A stretch of 63,931 nucleotides of DNA, filler included, from Octopus bimaculoides (lineage: Eukaryota), in the NCBI RefSeq assembly GCF_001194135.2. It is 6 parts of 6 records of this genome, joined end to end, with 100 filler letters (N's around TTAATTAATTAA, not from the genome) between each part and the next. Parts side by side here need not be neighbours in the genome. Positions count along the whole stretch, not along the records: positions 62,540 to 63,931 come from NW_026330360.1; 5 more parts are not named here. The stretch is one strand, 5' to 3'. Of this stretch, positions 63,622 to 63,931 are shown piece by piece; the first letter of the stretch is position 1; the number at the start of each line of letters is the position of its first letter. The notes below the pieces were generated by a model. That model was given only the letters and a program-made list of their open reading frames with translations, was not told the origin of the DNA and made no database searches. The position numbers and the translations under genes were made by a program.

Positions 63622-63931
63622 GAAAGGATTGAGGTAACTCCTCCTGAAGATATAGAGTCAAAATTAAAAGAAGAGTGCCATTGTTATCTAGTAAACGATA
63701 TTTCAACATCTTGTGTGTCTTCAACTGGTTCAAAAAATAAAAAAATAAAATCAATTTGTCAATCTACTTCATTTTGGTTAATATAGAAACGATTGAGGTA
63801 ACTCCTCCTGAAAATATAGAGCCAAAATTAAGAGAGGAGTGTCATTGTTATCTATTGAACGATATTTCGACATCTTGTGATGTTGAAGATACACAAGATG
63901 TCGAAATATCGTTCACTAGATAACAATGGCA
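63619..63931. repeat. 164-bp tandem repeat that switches to an inverted copy at ~63880
   Basis: Units start at 63619 and 63783. 63892-63931 is the reverse complement of 63840-63879. The repeat is cut by the window end. Confidence 0.85.

Overview
AT-rich, microsatellite-rich animal genomic scaffold with many N gaps. The SINE families and the tandem C2H2 gene point to a coleoid cephalopod, probably Octopus (inference). Two host genes are supported, both on the minus strand. One is a single-exon C2H2 zinc-finger CDS (4416-5669). The other is a METTL24-like (Methyltransf_22) gene, reconstructed by hand from five in-phase GT-AG exons between 36527 and 22588; the ORF track shows only fragments of two exons, and the 5' exons were not found. 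The rest is transposon debris: Tc1/mariner, CR1-type, RTE and R4/Dong LINEs, Penelope-like elements (PLEs), Helitrons, MULE- and piggyBac-type MITEs, tRNA-derived SINEs and an LTR-element leader. The most notable signals are a set of type I hammerhead ribozyme (HHR) motifs and a tandem array of tRNA-Trp primer-binding sites. The HHR set includes a ~420-bp foldback with an outward-facing hammerhead in each arm (14271-14690), a complete-core hammerhead with a long stem II (20475-20566), and a sense-strand intronic hammerhead in the METTL24-like gene (24995-25040). All family calls come from manual translation and motif recognition, not database searches. Repeat boundaries are approximate.
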